In this document: piece by piece, positions 1 to 9,450 of the stretch
Layout: the number at the start of each line of letters is the position of its first letter
How positions within the stretch are numbered: the stretch's first letter is position 1
Virus record (IMG/VR): IMGVR_UViG_3300050821_007659
Span: 7,904 to 71,903 of that record
DNA length: 64,000 nucleotides
Reading direction: 5' to 3' (one strand)
DNA from: a virus
Translations under genes and position numbers: made by a program
Notes under the pieces: model-generated
What the model was told of the DNA's origin: nothing
Seen by the model: the letters and a program-made list of their open reading frames with translations, nothing else
Database searches by the model: none

Positions 1-582
1 ATCCGTGCTCGCATAGACCGCAGCGAATACCTCGTACGTGAGCCGCGCGCGCTTGACGGTGACCGAGGGACCTTTGATCGCCCGGACGGGATTCTCGTCC
101 AGCCAGCCCTTGACGATCGCGGCATTGAAGCTATCGCGCAGGAAGCCGAACAGTGCCTGCGCGGTGCGCTCATGGCCCTGGGCAACGAGTTGCTCCAGTC
201 CGTCAGAAACCTGCAGGGCCGTGACAGCGCGGACCTTGGTGTCGGCCCCCAGGATCTCCGTCATCCGTGCCGCAAGCTTGCGGTAGTGCTTGCGGGTGTT
301 GGGCGCGAGGGCGCGCTTGGTGAGCATGCCTTCGTACTTGGCGCACCAAGTTGCAATCGTGCGGCTTTGATCGCCTGACAGGCGGTCTATCAGGCGCTCT
401 GTGTGTAGCTGGCCAGCGAGATATAGGTTGGCCTCGATCGCCTGCGAGAAGGCGTATGCGCGATCCCGACCCAGCCCGAAGCGCTCGTCGGTCTTCGGGT
501 TGCGATACGTGTAGTACCCGCCGTCCTCGTAGAGATTGGCCGGCCAACCGGCCTTGCGACTACTGCGCCTGCGTGGCGTCAC
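1..582 (-). CDS. int: Tyrosine integrase, lambda Int-like (N-terminal part; gene runs off the window)
   Basis: Manual translation from GTG at 582 gives MTPRRRSSRKAGWPANLYEDGGYYTYRNPKTDERFGLGRDRAYAFSQAIEAN, resembling the lambda Int arm-binding domain. Overlaps xis. Absent from the ORF track because no stop lies in the window. Confidence 0.9.
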   Translation of the reverse strand, partial: MTPRRRSSRKAGWPANLYEDGGYYTYRNPKTDERFGLGRDRAYAFSQAIEANLYLAGQLHTERLIDRLSGDQSRTIATWCAKYEGMLTKRALAPNTRKHYRKLAARMTEILGADTKVRAVTALQVSDGLEQLVAQGHERTAQALFGFLRDSFNAAIVKGWLDENPVRAIKGPSVTVKRARLTYEVFAAVYASTD

Positions 583-793
583 GCACCCTCCCCATGAACG
601 ACGGGTCGTTGTAGTCCCCGACGTAGCGGGCCGTCTCCTCGACAAAGTAGGAGCGGCCGTGTTTTTGTGGAATCGGGAAGATCTTCCCATCGCGGCACCA
701 GCGGCGCAACGTTTGGACGGAAGGACTGCTTTCGCCATATTGCGCTGCGGCCCACTTTTCGAGGGTGACTCTCACGCCCCACCCTTCTGCCAT
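560..793 (-). CDS. xis: Excisionase (lambda Xis family)
   Basis: TLEKWAA...PSVQTLRRWCRDGKIFPIPQKHGRSYFV matches the Xis winged-helix pattern; directly upstream of int. Confidence 0.9.
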   Translation of the reverse strand: MAEGWGVRVTLEKWAAAQYGESSPSVQTLRRWCRDGKIFPIPQKHGRSYFVEETARYVGDYNDPSFMGRVRDATQAQ

Positions 794-1404
794 TCATACC
801 CCCGCACCCCACCCCCATACCGCGACAGATCCCTTCCCAGAATCGCAGCCAGCTCCCGCACGCCCGCGCTGATGCGCCGCTCGATCATGTCGGCCGAGAG
901 CTTCGTGCGCGCCCGGATCTGTGTCGTGGTTTCGCCATAGACCTTGCGCAGCACCAGCACCTCGCGGACCTGCGCGGGCAATTGGTTGATGGCGGACACG
1001 ATGCGCTCGAGGTCCTGGTGCTGTGAGATCACATCTTCAATGAGTGTCTCATCGCATGCCGCTTCGAGATTTCCCAGATCCCTGATCGATTCGTCCTTGT
1101 CTTCATTCAGGGGCTTGCGCTGTACGAGCGTGCCCAGATCCGCGGCGAGCGTGATCGGAATCACCTTCTGCCGCTGCATATGCTCGAATCCCACGTGGAA
1201 GGCGGCGCGCGCGCAGTAGCCGCGCACGTTGCGGATACCTTCCAGGCCGCGACCGAGAAAGCGCACGTACACCTCCTGCAACAACTCATCGACGTCGGCC
1301 CAGTTGCGCGTATAGCGCCACAGGACCTTGCGCAGCAGAGATTCGTGCGCGAGGGCGGCGGCGAGGAGGGTGTTGGGAGCGGCGGGGTTGAGGAGGGCGT
1401 TCAT
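772..1404 (-). CDS. ECF-type sigma-70 factor
   Basis: Region 2-like DVDELLQEVYVRF and region 4-like AINQLPAQVREVLVLRKVYG...IERRISAG. Confidence 0.8.
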   Translation of the reverse strand: MNALLNPAAPNTLLAAALAHESLLRKVLWRYTRNWADVDELLQEVYVRFLGRGLEGIRNVRGYCARAAFHVGFEHMQRQKVIPITLAADLGTLVQRKPLNEDKDESIRDLGNLEAACDETLIEDVISQHQDLERIVSAINQLPAQVREVLVLRKVYGETTTQIRARTKLSADMIERRISAGVRELAAILGRDLSRYGGGVRGYEWQKGGA

Positions 1405-1673
1405 CGCTTCAACCCCAGGTAGGTTCGCGCCGGTTTCAGAAAGCGGTTGTACTCTCGCAGCCAGCGGCGGGCGTCGTAGTCCGTGACCTTTCCGGTACGC
1501 TCACCGATGCGCTCGGTGTAGCTCTGTGTAATGCTCTCGTGCTCGGCCTCAATGATCTTGACCGCCAGGGCTAGGAGCTTGCGAGGCCCTGGAATCAAAC
1601 CCAACTCGCGAGCAACGGCCTTGAGTTCGGCATTTGTTCTCGATCGCCTACGGGGTTTAGAACGGGAGGTCAT
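1401..1673 (-). CDS. Hypothetical protein
   Basis: Overlap-coupled ORF in the leftward operon. Confidence 0.6.
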   Translation of the reverse strand: MTSRSKPRRRSRTNAELKAVARELGLIPGPRKLLALAVKIIEAEHESITQSYTERIGERTGKVTDYDARRWLREYNRFLKPARTYLGLKR

Positions 1674-2139
1674 CGTCTTCCTCCTGGGCCGGTGCGGGAG
1701 CGGTCGGCGGCGGCACCAACTGCGGCGGCTCGATACGTTCGATCAAATCCCAGATCGGCTTGCAGTGCTTGCAGGGCTCGCTGTGGTCGTTCTCGGGATT
1801 GCCGTCGCCGCGGATGATCTCCCCAGCGCCTTCGCATCCCTCACATCGGCTCGCAAGCTGACGCAGCAGCGGTGCAGCCTCGGCCAGCAACTCCTCTGGC
1901 TCGCGAGCAGCCAGCTTGCCGATATGCCGCCGCTGCCCCTCAATCGTCCGCAGCAGCGAGTTGATGTACTGCTGCACATCGATGCCATCGCCGGCCAGCT
2001 TCTCGACCTCCTGCCGGGAGAGCACGCGCATGTACTCGACGGGCTCCAGCGTGACGGCAGGCTTGGTGAGGGCCAATTGGAAGGCGCGCAGGCTGTCGCG
2101 ATAGATCCAGATGCGGTCGGCGCAGATGTGGTCGCTCAT
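1657..2139 (-). CDS. Hypothetical Zn-finger protein with acidic DDDLPF C-terminus
   Basis: CEGCEGAG...CKHC motifs; ends EEDDDLPF. Confidence 0.65.
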   Translation of the reverse strand: MSDHICADRIWIYRDSLRAFQLALTKPAVTLEPVEYMRVLSRQEVEKLAGDGIDVQQYINSLLRTIEGQRRHIGKLAAREPEELLAEAAPLLRQLASRCEGCEGAGEIIRGDGNPENDHSEPCKHCKPIWDLIERIEPPQLVPPPTAPAPAQEEDDDLPF

Positions 2140-2144
2140 GGCTG

Positions 2145-2657
2145 CTACGGCACAACTCCGGGCAATGGGAAGGTACTGACGATCACGCGCGGCTCAACAT
2201 AGACCGGCGCAACATCCTTCGATTCAGGATTCAGGCACAGCACCCATGTGCCTTCCGCTGCTGCTGGACTGAACAATCCATTCGGGTCAGCCTGAGGGAT
2301 CGTGGCGATTGCGTGGTCGTACAAACTCACCGTCCGCTGAGGATTCGTGTACTGCGTGGAATAGGGAATGCCATAGCCCACCGAATCACACAGTTTGTGC
2401 AACTTAGCGTTGAAATCCTGCGTATATGTGATCGTCGAGAGCTTCGTGTCACGCAGTTCGAGAATCTGCTTCAGGAAGCGCTTTTCCTGAAAGTTGACGA
2501 TGGCGGGCATGCCAACGGATTGCACGGCTTGGAGTGACAATTGTTCCTGTTGTCGATTGGCCATTTGATCCGATGTCGGCGTTTTGTCATGGCAACTGTC
2601 AGCGCACAGAGCAAAGAACGCGACAGCAGCCAATGAGATGGCGGGAAGTATTCGCAT
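2145..2657 (-). CDS. Putative exported protein or lipoprotein
   Basis: Hydrophobic N-terminal signal followed by Cys; operon context. Confidence 0.7.
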   Translation of the reverse strand: MRILPAISLAAVAFFALCADSCHDKTPTSDQMANRQQEQLSLQAVQSVGMPAIVNFQEKRFLKQILELRDTKLSTITYTQDFNAKLHKLCDSVGYGIPYSTQYTNPQRTVSLYDHAIATIPQADPNGLFSPAAAEGTWVLCLNPESKDVAPVYVEPRVIVSTFPLPGVVP

Positions 2658-2664
2658 GCATCAC

Positions 2665-2982
2665 CTAATTGTTGAGTGAGTCGTAGAAGTTCTGCAGATC
2701 CGGCGGCAGGCGATCCCGTGGGTAGATCTCGAAGCGGTGAATGGCCGTAGCCTTTAGTGCGGCCTTTCCCTCGGGCGTGGCGCTCTGGTACTCCCGTTTG
2801 ATGTTCTCCAGGTCGCGCAACATCCCGTCGTTGTACTGCTGCGACTCGTGGAACACTTTGTTCTGCACGGCGGTGTACTTCGGCGCGAAAAACGAGTAGT
2901 TGACGAAGCCGACGGCACTCAGCACAAAAAACACCACAACGATGCCGAGCAACGCCAATACGCCAATACCAAATTCTTTCAT
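2665..2982 (-). CDS. Membrane-anchored hypothetical protein
   Basis: MKEFGIGVLALLGIVVVFF transmembrane segment; AGAGGAG RBS upstream. Confidence 0.7.
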   Translation of the reverse strand: MKEFGIGVLALLGIVVVFFVLSAVGFVNYSFFAPKYTAVQNKVFHESQQYNDGMLRDLENIKREYQSATPEGKAALKATAIHRFEIYPRDRLPPDLQNFYDSLNN

Positions 2983-3227
2983 TGATGAATCTCCTCTGTA
3001 AGCATTTCCGGCGGCGTCCACCCGAGCCGCTGCACGCCATAAAATTCCGGCACCGATCGACTACGAAGCGGTCGCCCCTTGGGCTGATTGACCTGCGCGC
3101 ACACCGTGCAGTGCGGGCGATCGAACGTGGTGCCATCGACGCGCCTGCAGACGGTCACGAGGATGACGGATTCCACGCCGGGGTGATTGCGTTGGCAGGC
3201 GGGCAATGACGTTCGGGCTGCCGTCAC
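2979..3227 (-). CDS. Small hypothetical Cys-containing protein
   Basis: GTG start overlaps the stop of the upstream gene; CxxC motif. Confidence 0.45.
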   Translation of the reverse strand: MTAARTSLPACQRNHPGVESVILVTVCRRVDGTTFDRPHCTVCAQVNQPKGRPLRSRSVPEFYGVQRLGWTPPEMLTEEIHQ

Positions 3228-4777
3228 AGCAACTGCTCCACCGCAATCAACAGGTTGTTCACCGCCTCGCGCGCACGGGCCGCCAGTTTGCGATCCGTCT
3301 TCTGATCCGCCTTGCTGTCCGGGTCCTGGAATACGGCCCATTCCTTTGCGGCTTTGCAGACGGATTCCATGGGCAGATATTCGGTGAGCCGGATGCTCAT
3401 CAGCGTAGGTTCGTCAACCGCCGGTCCGGTCCTCAATATCTCGAGCGCTGGGCTCGCATCTGAGAGGAAGCCGAGAACCTCACCAGCGGGAGGCGCAACG
3501 ATTGCCGCACGCATCTGCTGAAACTCTTCTTGCCTTCGATTCAACTGCGCCCGCTCATCAGCAATGCACTGAGCTTCGGCTTGCTGAGCCGCTTCAACCG
3601 CCGCGCGCTGGTTTGCCTCCTCCTGCCGCCGAGCCTCGAGGCGCGCTTCCTCGGCCTTCTGCGCATCAATGCGCGCTTGCAGGGCGGCGTTCTCGTCTGC
3701 GATACGCTGACGCTCGGCAGCCGCCTCAGCTTCTTGGATGGCCTTGGCTTCAGCCGCGGCCAGCAGTTCACGAATCGACTTCAGTGCGGCGTCCTTGGCC
3801 GCCTGAGCCACACCCGTCAGCGGCCCGAAGTTCGACTCCTCGATTGGCCAGCGCCCGGTCTCGGCCAGCGTCTCGCGGATGCATTCGATCGTGCCGCCCT
3901 TGCGCACGCCCAGCCGACCTACGGAGGCAATCATGACTTGGTGCTGGATGCCGTGAATCTCCGACATCCGGTTGTTGTGCAATTCAGCGGCGGCGCGTTG
4001 CTCGGCGTCAGCCTTCTCGCGTGCCTCCCGGGCGATGCGATCCGCCTCCGCCGCTGCGGCCCGCTGCTTCTCCAATTCTGCGCGCTCCTCCGCCAACCGC
4101 TTCTGCTCCGCCTCCATCGCCAACGCCTTGGTATGCGCCGCCCGCAGCCGGATCAGCGTCGTGGCCTTTGCGCCTTCGGCCTCCTTCTGGAACTCGGCGA
4201 AAGTGTGATCGATGACCATCGATTCGATGTCAGCGATGAAGATCTCGATGTCTCGCGCGCTGCGACCCACGGCCGCCAACGGGACGGCGCGAATGTCATC
4301 CTCGATGCGGCCCCGGATAGCGGCCACGCGCTGGCGCTCGGCTTCCTCCCGCGCGCGCTTCTCATCCTCCTTGCGCCGTTCCTCGTTGGAAATCTGCTCG
4401 TGAATCGGGTCCTCGATGGCCGTGATGCGCGCAATCACCGCATCGACTTGGTCATCGATACCCTTCTTCAGCGCGTTGAGCGGTGTCTTCGCGTCCTTCT
4501 GCATCTTCTGGATCGTGTAGCGCGGCTTGCGGATCGCCAGGCGCGCCTCGCATGCTGCCTTCATGCCGGCGGTCGTCTTCACATCAAACACGACACCCAG
4601 ATATTTGGGTTCGAGCGCCGCAACCTCCAGGGCAACCCTGTTCAGTTCCGTGATCGACTGCGTGACCAGGGCGAGCGCGGTTGTGGTTTGCGTCTCGGGC
4701 AGTGAGACGGCGGGCGGCTGTTTCGGTTCCTCCGTCTTGGTGGGGGGCTGCATGGCGGTTGCGGACTTCGCGCTCAT
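3224..4777 (-). CDS. Long coiled-coil protein in the recombination module
   Basis: 517 aa Ala/Glu/Arg-rich heptads; coupled to the putative annealing gene. Confidence 0.75.
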   Translation of the reverse strand: MSAKSATAMQPPTKTEEPKQPPAVSLPETQTTTALALVTQSITELNRVALEVAALEPKYLGVVFDVKTTAGMKAACEARLAIRKPRYTIQKMQKDAKTPLNALKKGIDDQVDAVIARITAIEDPIHEQISNEERRKEDEKRAREEAERQRVAAIRGRIEDDIRAVPLAAVGRSARDIEIFIADIESMVIDHTFAEFQKEAEGAKATTLIRLRAAHTKALAMEAEQKRLAEERAELEKQRAAAAEADRIAREAREKADAEQRAAAELHNNRMSEIHGIQHQVMIASVGRLGVRKGGTIECIRETLAETGRWPIEESNFGPLTGVAQAAKDAALKSIRELLAAAEAKAIQEAEAAAERQRIADENAALQARIDAQKAEEARLEARRQEEANQRAAVEAAQQAEAQCIADERAQLNRRQEEFQQMRAAIVAPPAGEVLGFLSDASPALEILRTGPAVDEPTLMSIRLTEYLPMESVCKAAKEWAVFQDPDSKADQKTDRKLAARAREAVNNLLIAVEQLL

Positions 4778-5910
4778 GATTCCTGCGACTCCAAATGAGC
4801 CATCCAGTCTGCAAACGCCGTTTCAACCTCGGCTGGCACCTGACGGTTGGTGTTGACGAAATCAAACACAATAAGCTCGTAGCCAGCAGTCAATTCCTTG
4901 CGTGTTTTGAACGCGCGGATCGCGGCCACGGCAGTCTTGGCGTCGTGCTGGGGAATGTTGCCGGCGAGGTCGGCGTCCTTCGCAGACGCCTTCGGCTTAT
5001 CCTTCTCGGCCGGTTTGTCCGTAGCCGTCTTGGCTCGCAGCGCCTCCTTGGCCGCATCCGTTTGAGTCTTCGGCTTGTCACCCTCGGTGGGTTGCGCAGC
5101 TGCCGGCATATCGAACCAGTCGGCAGCCGTGCTCATGCCATCCTTCATCGAATTGTAAATGCGGCCCAGGCCCAGCAGCTGCGCGGGTTGCATGGCATCC
5201 AGTCCGCGCTGGATTCGCTTTTCGATCATTTCGCGCGTGACGTTGTACGTCGCGAATTTCTCCAGCAGGCTTCTCAAGCGTTCGGGAGTGACTTCCGCCT
5301 TGGTTTTGAGTGTCATTTCACACTGCGTTAGCGCCGCTTCCTGCACATCGCTCGGGATCACGGCCAGAATGCAGGCGCGTTTGCGACGAGCGCCCATGTT
5401 GGCCACGATCTCGTAGATGTCACGCTCCTCGGTGATCGCCTTGCCGCCGCTGCGCGTGTCGCGCCAGTGGCGCACCTGAAAGCGCTTCTCGTCGCGGAAA
5501 CCTGTCTCGAGATCCCAGGCATACGCCAAGCACTCCGACACGCCGTTGGCCCGCGACAATTCCGTGACGCCGCACCAGATGTTGCCCCAGCTGCGCGCCA
5601 GTTCCTCGGCGAGACGAATGCTGGCGCCGGTCACGGGCGTACCTCCGCGTGCATACTCGTAGGTCGCATCCTCGGCGAGTCCTGCGCGCTGGCAGTTGGT
5701 CAGTATCTTGTCCAGGGCCTTGCGCTCGTTGCGCGGGAAACGCTGGGCAATGACCATGCCGGCCTGGATCTCGGCAATCTCTCGCTGGGCCAGGGCGGCA
5801 GCAGAGGCGCCAGGGGCGGCAACGACTGGTGCGTTACCGAAAGGATTGTCGGCGCGCGGAATGATGTCCCGGGCGGCGGCTTCGTTGGTGCTCATCGTAT
5901 CTCCTGACAA
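4774..5910 (-). CDS. Putative ssDNA-annealing/recombination protein
   Basis: Immediately downstream of the YqaJ exonuclease; AQRFPRNE...GASIRLAEELARSWGNI...AYAWDLETG; function inferred from context. Confidence 0.65.
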   Translation of the reverse strand: MSGDTMSTNEAAARDIIPRADNPFGNAPVVAAPGASAAALAQREIAEIQAGMVIAQRFPRNERKALDKILTNCQRAGLAEDATYEYARGGTPVTGASIRLAEELARSWGNIWCGVTELSRANGVSECLAYAWDLETGFRDEKRFQVRHWRDTRSGGKAITEERDIYEIVANMGARRKRACILAVIPSDVQEAALTQCEMTLKTKAEVTPERLRSLLEKFATYNVTREMIEKRIQRGLDAMQPAQLLGLGRIYNSMKDGMSTAADWFDMPAAAQPTEGDKPKTQTDAAKEALRAKTATDKPAEKDKPKASAKDADLAGNIPQHDAKTAVAAIRAFKTRKELTAGYELIVFDFVNTNRQVPAEVETAFADWMAHLESQES

Positions 5911-5923
5911 ATGGAAAAAAGGG

Positions 5924-6805
5924 TTATCCGCGATCGTTCACGAACCGGACATCTATGAATTCGGTGGCATCAACCGAGTAGTCGGCCCGCTTGGTTTTCT
6001 GCCGGCGAAAAGCCTTGCCGTCAGCGAAGGCCAGCAGCGCGGCTTCGCCCATGATGTCGAGCAGCTGCGCCTTGCAAGCCTCCTTGTTGCGCTTCGCTTG
6101 TGCTTCGTCCGCAGCCCACTTAGCCATTGCCTCCCGACAGGTGATGGCATCGGCGTCAGCGACCATTCGCTTGCCGTTGGTGCCCGGATAGATCTTCTTG
6201 ACCACGTCAATGGCAGTGCGATGTTTGTAGTCGAGCGGCGGCGGATCGCCCTCGCGGACGCGCCGCATGAAATCGCGCTCACCCTCGATCATCATTTCGC
6301 GGAATTCGGCATCCCCTGCCTCGATCTCGTAGAAGGCGAATTTGCGACCGATCAGGCAGCACACATCGAACACGGGCAACTCCGTGACGATCATGTAGTG
6401 CTGGACCTGCATGAGATAATCGATCGGCACCTGGTCGGTACCCTCATCCCCCCAGCCCGTGGAGTGGAAAGCCGTCTTGCCCTCGTAGCCACGGCGCGGC
6501 GTCGTGTTGTCGATGTAGCCATCGATGTGCGCGCACATGAAATCGTGCTGCGGATGCCAGATGGTGTCGAGGGGCAGGCGCACGATGTTGCCCGTCACCT
6601 CGGCGTATTTCTGCCGCACGACAGGTTCCAGCGCGTTGCCCCACCAGATGACTTCCTCGTCATAGATGTCCGGGGCAATCTCGCCGCGCTTTTCGTGGTA
6701 GAGCTGGCGCGCCGTTTTGCGCGAGGACAGGCCCAGCGCCGTTGCGGCATCGGAACCGCCCACGGCCACTTGGCGGGATTGAACCTGTTCTGCAGTGAGG
6801 CTCAT
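5924..6805 (-). CDS. YqaJ / lambda-exonuclease family nuclease
   Basis: VGGSDAATALG, WGNALEP, AHIDG, YEGKT and YLMQVQHYM motifs. Confidence 0.92.
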   Translation of the reverse strand: MSLTAEQVQSRQVAVGGSDAATALGLSSRKTARQLYHEKRGEIAPDIYDEEVIWWGNALEPVVRQKYAEVTGNIVRLPLDTIWHPQHDFMCAHIDGYIDNTTPRRGYEGKTAFHSTGWGDEGTDQVPIDYLMQVQHYMIVTELPVFDVCCLIGRKFAFYEIEAGDAEFREMMIEGERDFMRRVREGDPPPLDYKHRTAIDVVKKIYPGTNGKRMVADADAITCREAMAKWAADEAQAKRNKEACKAQLLDIMGEAALLAFADGKAFRRQKTKRADYSVDATEFIDVRFVNDRG

Positions 6806-6993
6806 CGAAGCTCCCGCCGCGTCTCAACGCGCGTGTTGTCATCCCAGGCCGGGAAGCGATTGCAGGCCGGCGACGGCAGTCCGAGTCGCCGGTTTTTCTT
6901 TTTGGCGCGTCGCCGCGTGCCCACCGCGATCAGCACCCCGGATGAGACGAGGCAGAGGAGGGTCAGCGCCGCGGACCAGCTGAGATCGCTCAT
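6802..6993 (-). CDS. Small membrane protein
   Basis: One hydrophobic helix followed by a basic tail; coupled to neighbours. Confidence 0.5.
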   Translation of the reverse strand: MSDLSWSAALTLLCLVSSGVLIAVGTRRRAKKKNRRLGLPSPACNRFPAWDDNTRVETRRELR

Positions 6994-7583
6994 GGCTGTC
7001 GCCTCGTATGTACCTGAGGCTTTGTCGTTAAGGCCCTGTCAACTGGCCAGCCCCTCTCCAATCTACTCTCAATGGTCGCACGGCTGATACCAACACGCTT
7101 TGACCATCCCTTGGCGCTTAGGGTCTCGCCTCGAAACGAGATACTCGGGAATTGCGTGCTGAGGTCTGCGGGCTCAGATAGCGCCTTTTCAGCTGGCCAC
7201 TTGCGACACCATCGAGCGGCCAATGCACGGACACTGATCCCTGTCAGCACCGACCATTCCTTCAGATCATGAGTGACGCCATTGAGCGTGAACGTCCGAG
7301 TAGTGCGCCGATTACGGTGCTGCTCGGTTTGCGTCGCCCACCGGCAATTGCCCGGTTCGTAGTTGCCATCGTTATTTGGATATCTATCCAACGTCGTACC
7401 CGGAGGACGTTCACGCATATCCGCCAGGAAGTTCTCGAACTTCAGCCAGCGCTCACAGACGGTGATGTTACGACCGCAATAGTTTGTTCTTCTGTGATCG
7501 GTACACCGCACAATCATTGCTTGCCACGAGCGATAGGTTGGTGATCGGGTCGAGTGAGTAGTATGGCCGTGAATGAAAGTCAT
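6990..7583 (-). CDS. HNH-type homing endonuclease
   Basis: YRSWQAMIVRC...ITVCERW...TLDRYPNNDGNYEPGNCRWAT plus two C-terminal HTH-like repeats. Confidence 0.85.
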   Translation of the reverse strand: MTFIHGHTTHSTRSPTYRSWQAMIVRCTDHRRTNYCGRNITVCERWLKFENFLADMRERPPGTTLDRYPNNDGNYEPGNCRWATQTEQHRNRRTTRTFTLNGVTHDLKEWSVLTGISVRALAARWCRKWPAEKALSEPADLSTQFPSISFRGETLSAKGWSKRVGISRATIESRLERGWPVDRALTTKPQVHTRRQP

Positions 7584-7828
7584 TGCAGATACTCCAACTC
7601 CCGTACCCGTACCGCCTCATCGCCCGCGAAGGTGATGACGTGGCTGTACATTTCCCGCCCCCGCGCAGCCCGCACGCGATTCAACGTGAACGCCGCTGTC
7701 TCGGCCGCTTCGGGCGCGAAATAGCCATACTCAGACATCTGGTAGGCGTCACCATCCGGGTAGGCCAATCGGAAAGCTTGAGTAGATTCAATCATGTCAA
7801 CTTCCCGACGGGTCCGGAGTGATCCCAT
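7580..7828 (-). CDS. Hypothetical protein
   Basis: Coupled ORF; start may be ATG at 7795. Confidence 0.55.
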   Translation of the reverse strand: MGSLRTRREVDMIESTQAFRLAYPDGDAYQMSEYGYFAPEAAETAAFTLNRVRAARGREMYSHVITFAGDEAVRVRELEYLQ

Positions 7829-8058
7829 TCATTGCGCGCGTGCCGCCACATCCAGATCCACACTGCGTACGGGACGTCATCACGCAGTTGATTCCACTGA
7901 CGCTGAGCGGCGTCACGTTCTAACCGCTCGCCCGTCTTGGCATCCAGACCTGAATTCGCGCGGCAGATCCGGGCTGCCTGCAGGCGCTCGTCTGGCGTGC
8001 GCGGCTCGATGGCAACGCTTGCGACTGGTACGCCGACGGTGATGTCGGTGGCGGTCAT
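7792..8058 (-). CDS. Hypothetical protein
   Basis: GGAGG RBS and ATGA overlap with the upstream gene. Confidence 0.6.
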   Translation of the reverse strand: MTATDITVGVPVASVAIEPRTPDERLQAARICRANSGLDAKTGERLERDAAQRQWNQLRDDVPYAVWIWMWRHARNEWDHSGPVGKLT

Positions 8059-8810
8059 GATCCCTCCTCCGGTGCCTCATCCGCCCAACCCGGGTGCAAC
8101 CGCGAGCACATCTCATGCAGCACCAGCATCGCGGTATGGCTCGTATCGGCAAAGGTATCGGCAAAGGTTTCTGCGATCGCGATGGCCACCAACTCCGGAT
8201 TCGAGAGTTTCGTCAGGCGCTGCGCGGTGTCGATGACGTTGAGCACCCTTTGTTCGCCGCCGGGTGGGGGAGCGGCTCGCAGCTTATCCGGCGACTTCCA
8301 GCCACACTCCTGCAGCAATTCGATGGCATCAGACCATGCCGGATTGCAGCCACAGAAGGGCGCGTCACAATCCACTTCGCCGAAGCGCTGGAAGCACTTC
8401 TTGGTGGGCCCCGAACGACACCAAACAACAGCAGCCTTGAAGGATTCCGATGCTTCGTAAGTCGTTTCAGAAGCGTATTCGCCCGTGGCTTCGCGCGCGA
8501 GATTCAGTTGATGACCTTTCGCCCAAGACACAAACTTCTCGTCCACTGAGGGAAGGTGCGCTACCTCCATCTGCGGAGCGACTCCTTCCAACGTCTGCGC
8601 CGCCTCCTCGCAGAGCGGATCGACGGCGTAAACGTGCTCCTGCACTTGGCCACCGATCCCGACACTGCGCAATCCTGCGGAGTCGCCTGCCTTGTGTTCG
8701 CCGCCAAACCAAAATGTAATGTTCTCGTGCGGCTGAAGGCTGCGTCGCTCTGTACCGGGTTTCGGTACAACCACCAACTTGTTTCGCAGGCGTTCGATCA
8801 ACGTGCTCAC
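8055..8810 (-). CDS. Hypothetical protein
   Basis: 251 aa ORF with RBS and overlaps. Confidence 0.65.
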   Translation of the reverse strand: MSTLIERLRNKLVVVPKPGTERRSLQPHENITFWFGGEHKAGDSAGLRSVGIGGQVQEHVYAVDPLCEEAAQTLEGVAPQMEVAHLPSVDEKFVSWAKGHQLNLAREATGEYASETTYEASESFKAAVVWCRSGPTKKCFQRFGEVDCDAPFCGCNPAWSDAIELLQECGWKSPDKLRAAPPPGGEQRVLNVIDTAQRLTKLSNPELVAIAIAETFADTFADTSHTAMLVLHEMCSRLHPGWADEAPEEGS

Positions 8811-9139
8811 AACAGTTTCCTCCGCGCCAATTCAAACATGTAGGCAGTCAGACTCCCAGCCGGTTCGCTCCCGTTGCGAGGACAATCGGTCTTAGTGATT
8901 GTTGGAACGCGGGCCGGCTGGGAATTCAGTGCGCGCTCGATGAACTGGATTCGCAACCACGCATAGGCTTCGTCCTGATAGTCAGGATGGTCGTTCGATA
9001 CGTCGGAAGCGCAGCCGCGCAACCACATGATGTTGGCGCGAATCCAGTTGGCCAGCATTATCGGATCGATGCGGGTGGCGCGCGACAGGCCGTTTTTGAC
9101 CTTCAGCAACTCCGGGGCTTCGGGACGGAAGGGTTTCAT
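8807..9139 (-). CDS. Hypothetical protein
   Basis: ATGA-coupled start MKPFRPEAP. Confidence 0.55.
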   Translation of the reverse strand: MKPFRPEAPELLKVKNGLSRATRIDPIMLANWIRANIMWLRGCASDVSNDHPDYQDEAYAWLRIQFIERALNSQPARVPTITKTDCPRNGSEPAGSLTAYMFELARRKLL

Positions 9140-9450
9140 ACCACCACTCCGGCCTGAGCCAACAGTGCGCGGGCAGGCGTACATTCGGGGCAAGGTTGGT
9201 CGTCCGCATCCCACGCGGCCACCGTGTCGTGACCGGGAATGTGGCGGCTCACGAGGCCTGTGTGATTGCACTCGCCGCACTCGGAAATGAACTGAAGTGT
9301 GATCTCGATCAGTCCCTCGACCACCGCGAACTTCTTCGCCCAGGCTTTGCCCGTGACGACCGCAACCTCGGTGCGCTGCTCATCGAGCAGGCTGTACTCG
9401 CCGGCCGGGTCCTCGGGTTGGGTGACGGGCTCGATGCGGAGGGCGGTCAT
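9136..9450 (-). CDS. Small Zn-ribbon protein
   Basis: CGEC...CPEC motifs; GGAGG RBS. Confidence 0.6.
   Translation of the reverse strand: MTALRIEPVTQPEDPAGEYSLLDEQRTEVAVVTGKAWAKKFAVVEGLIEITLQFISECGECNHTGLVSRHIPGHDTVAAWDADDQPCPECTPARALLAQAGVVV

Noticed and set aside
203-547. ORF-track 114-aa ORF
   Set aside because: Wrong frame; the integrase is read from GTG 582 in another frame and runs off the window.
3530-7087. Long plus-strand ORFs (3530-4705, 5696-7087) and similar antisense ORFs such as 40232-41482 and 46079-47392
   Set aside because: Shadow ORFs opposite well-supported genes in GC-rich DNA, with no recognisable motifs.
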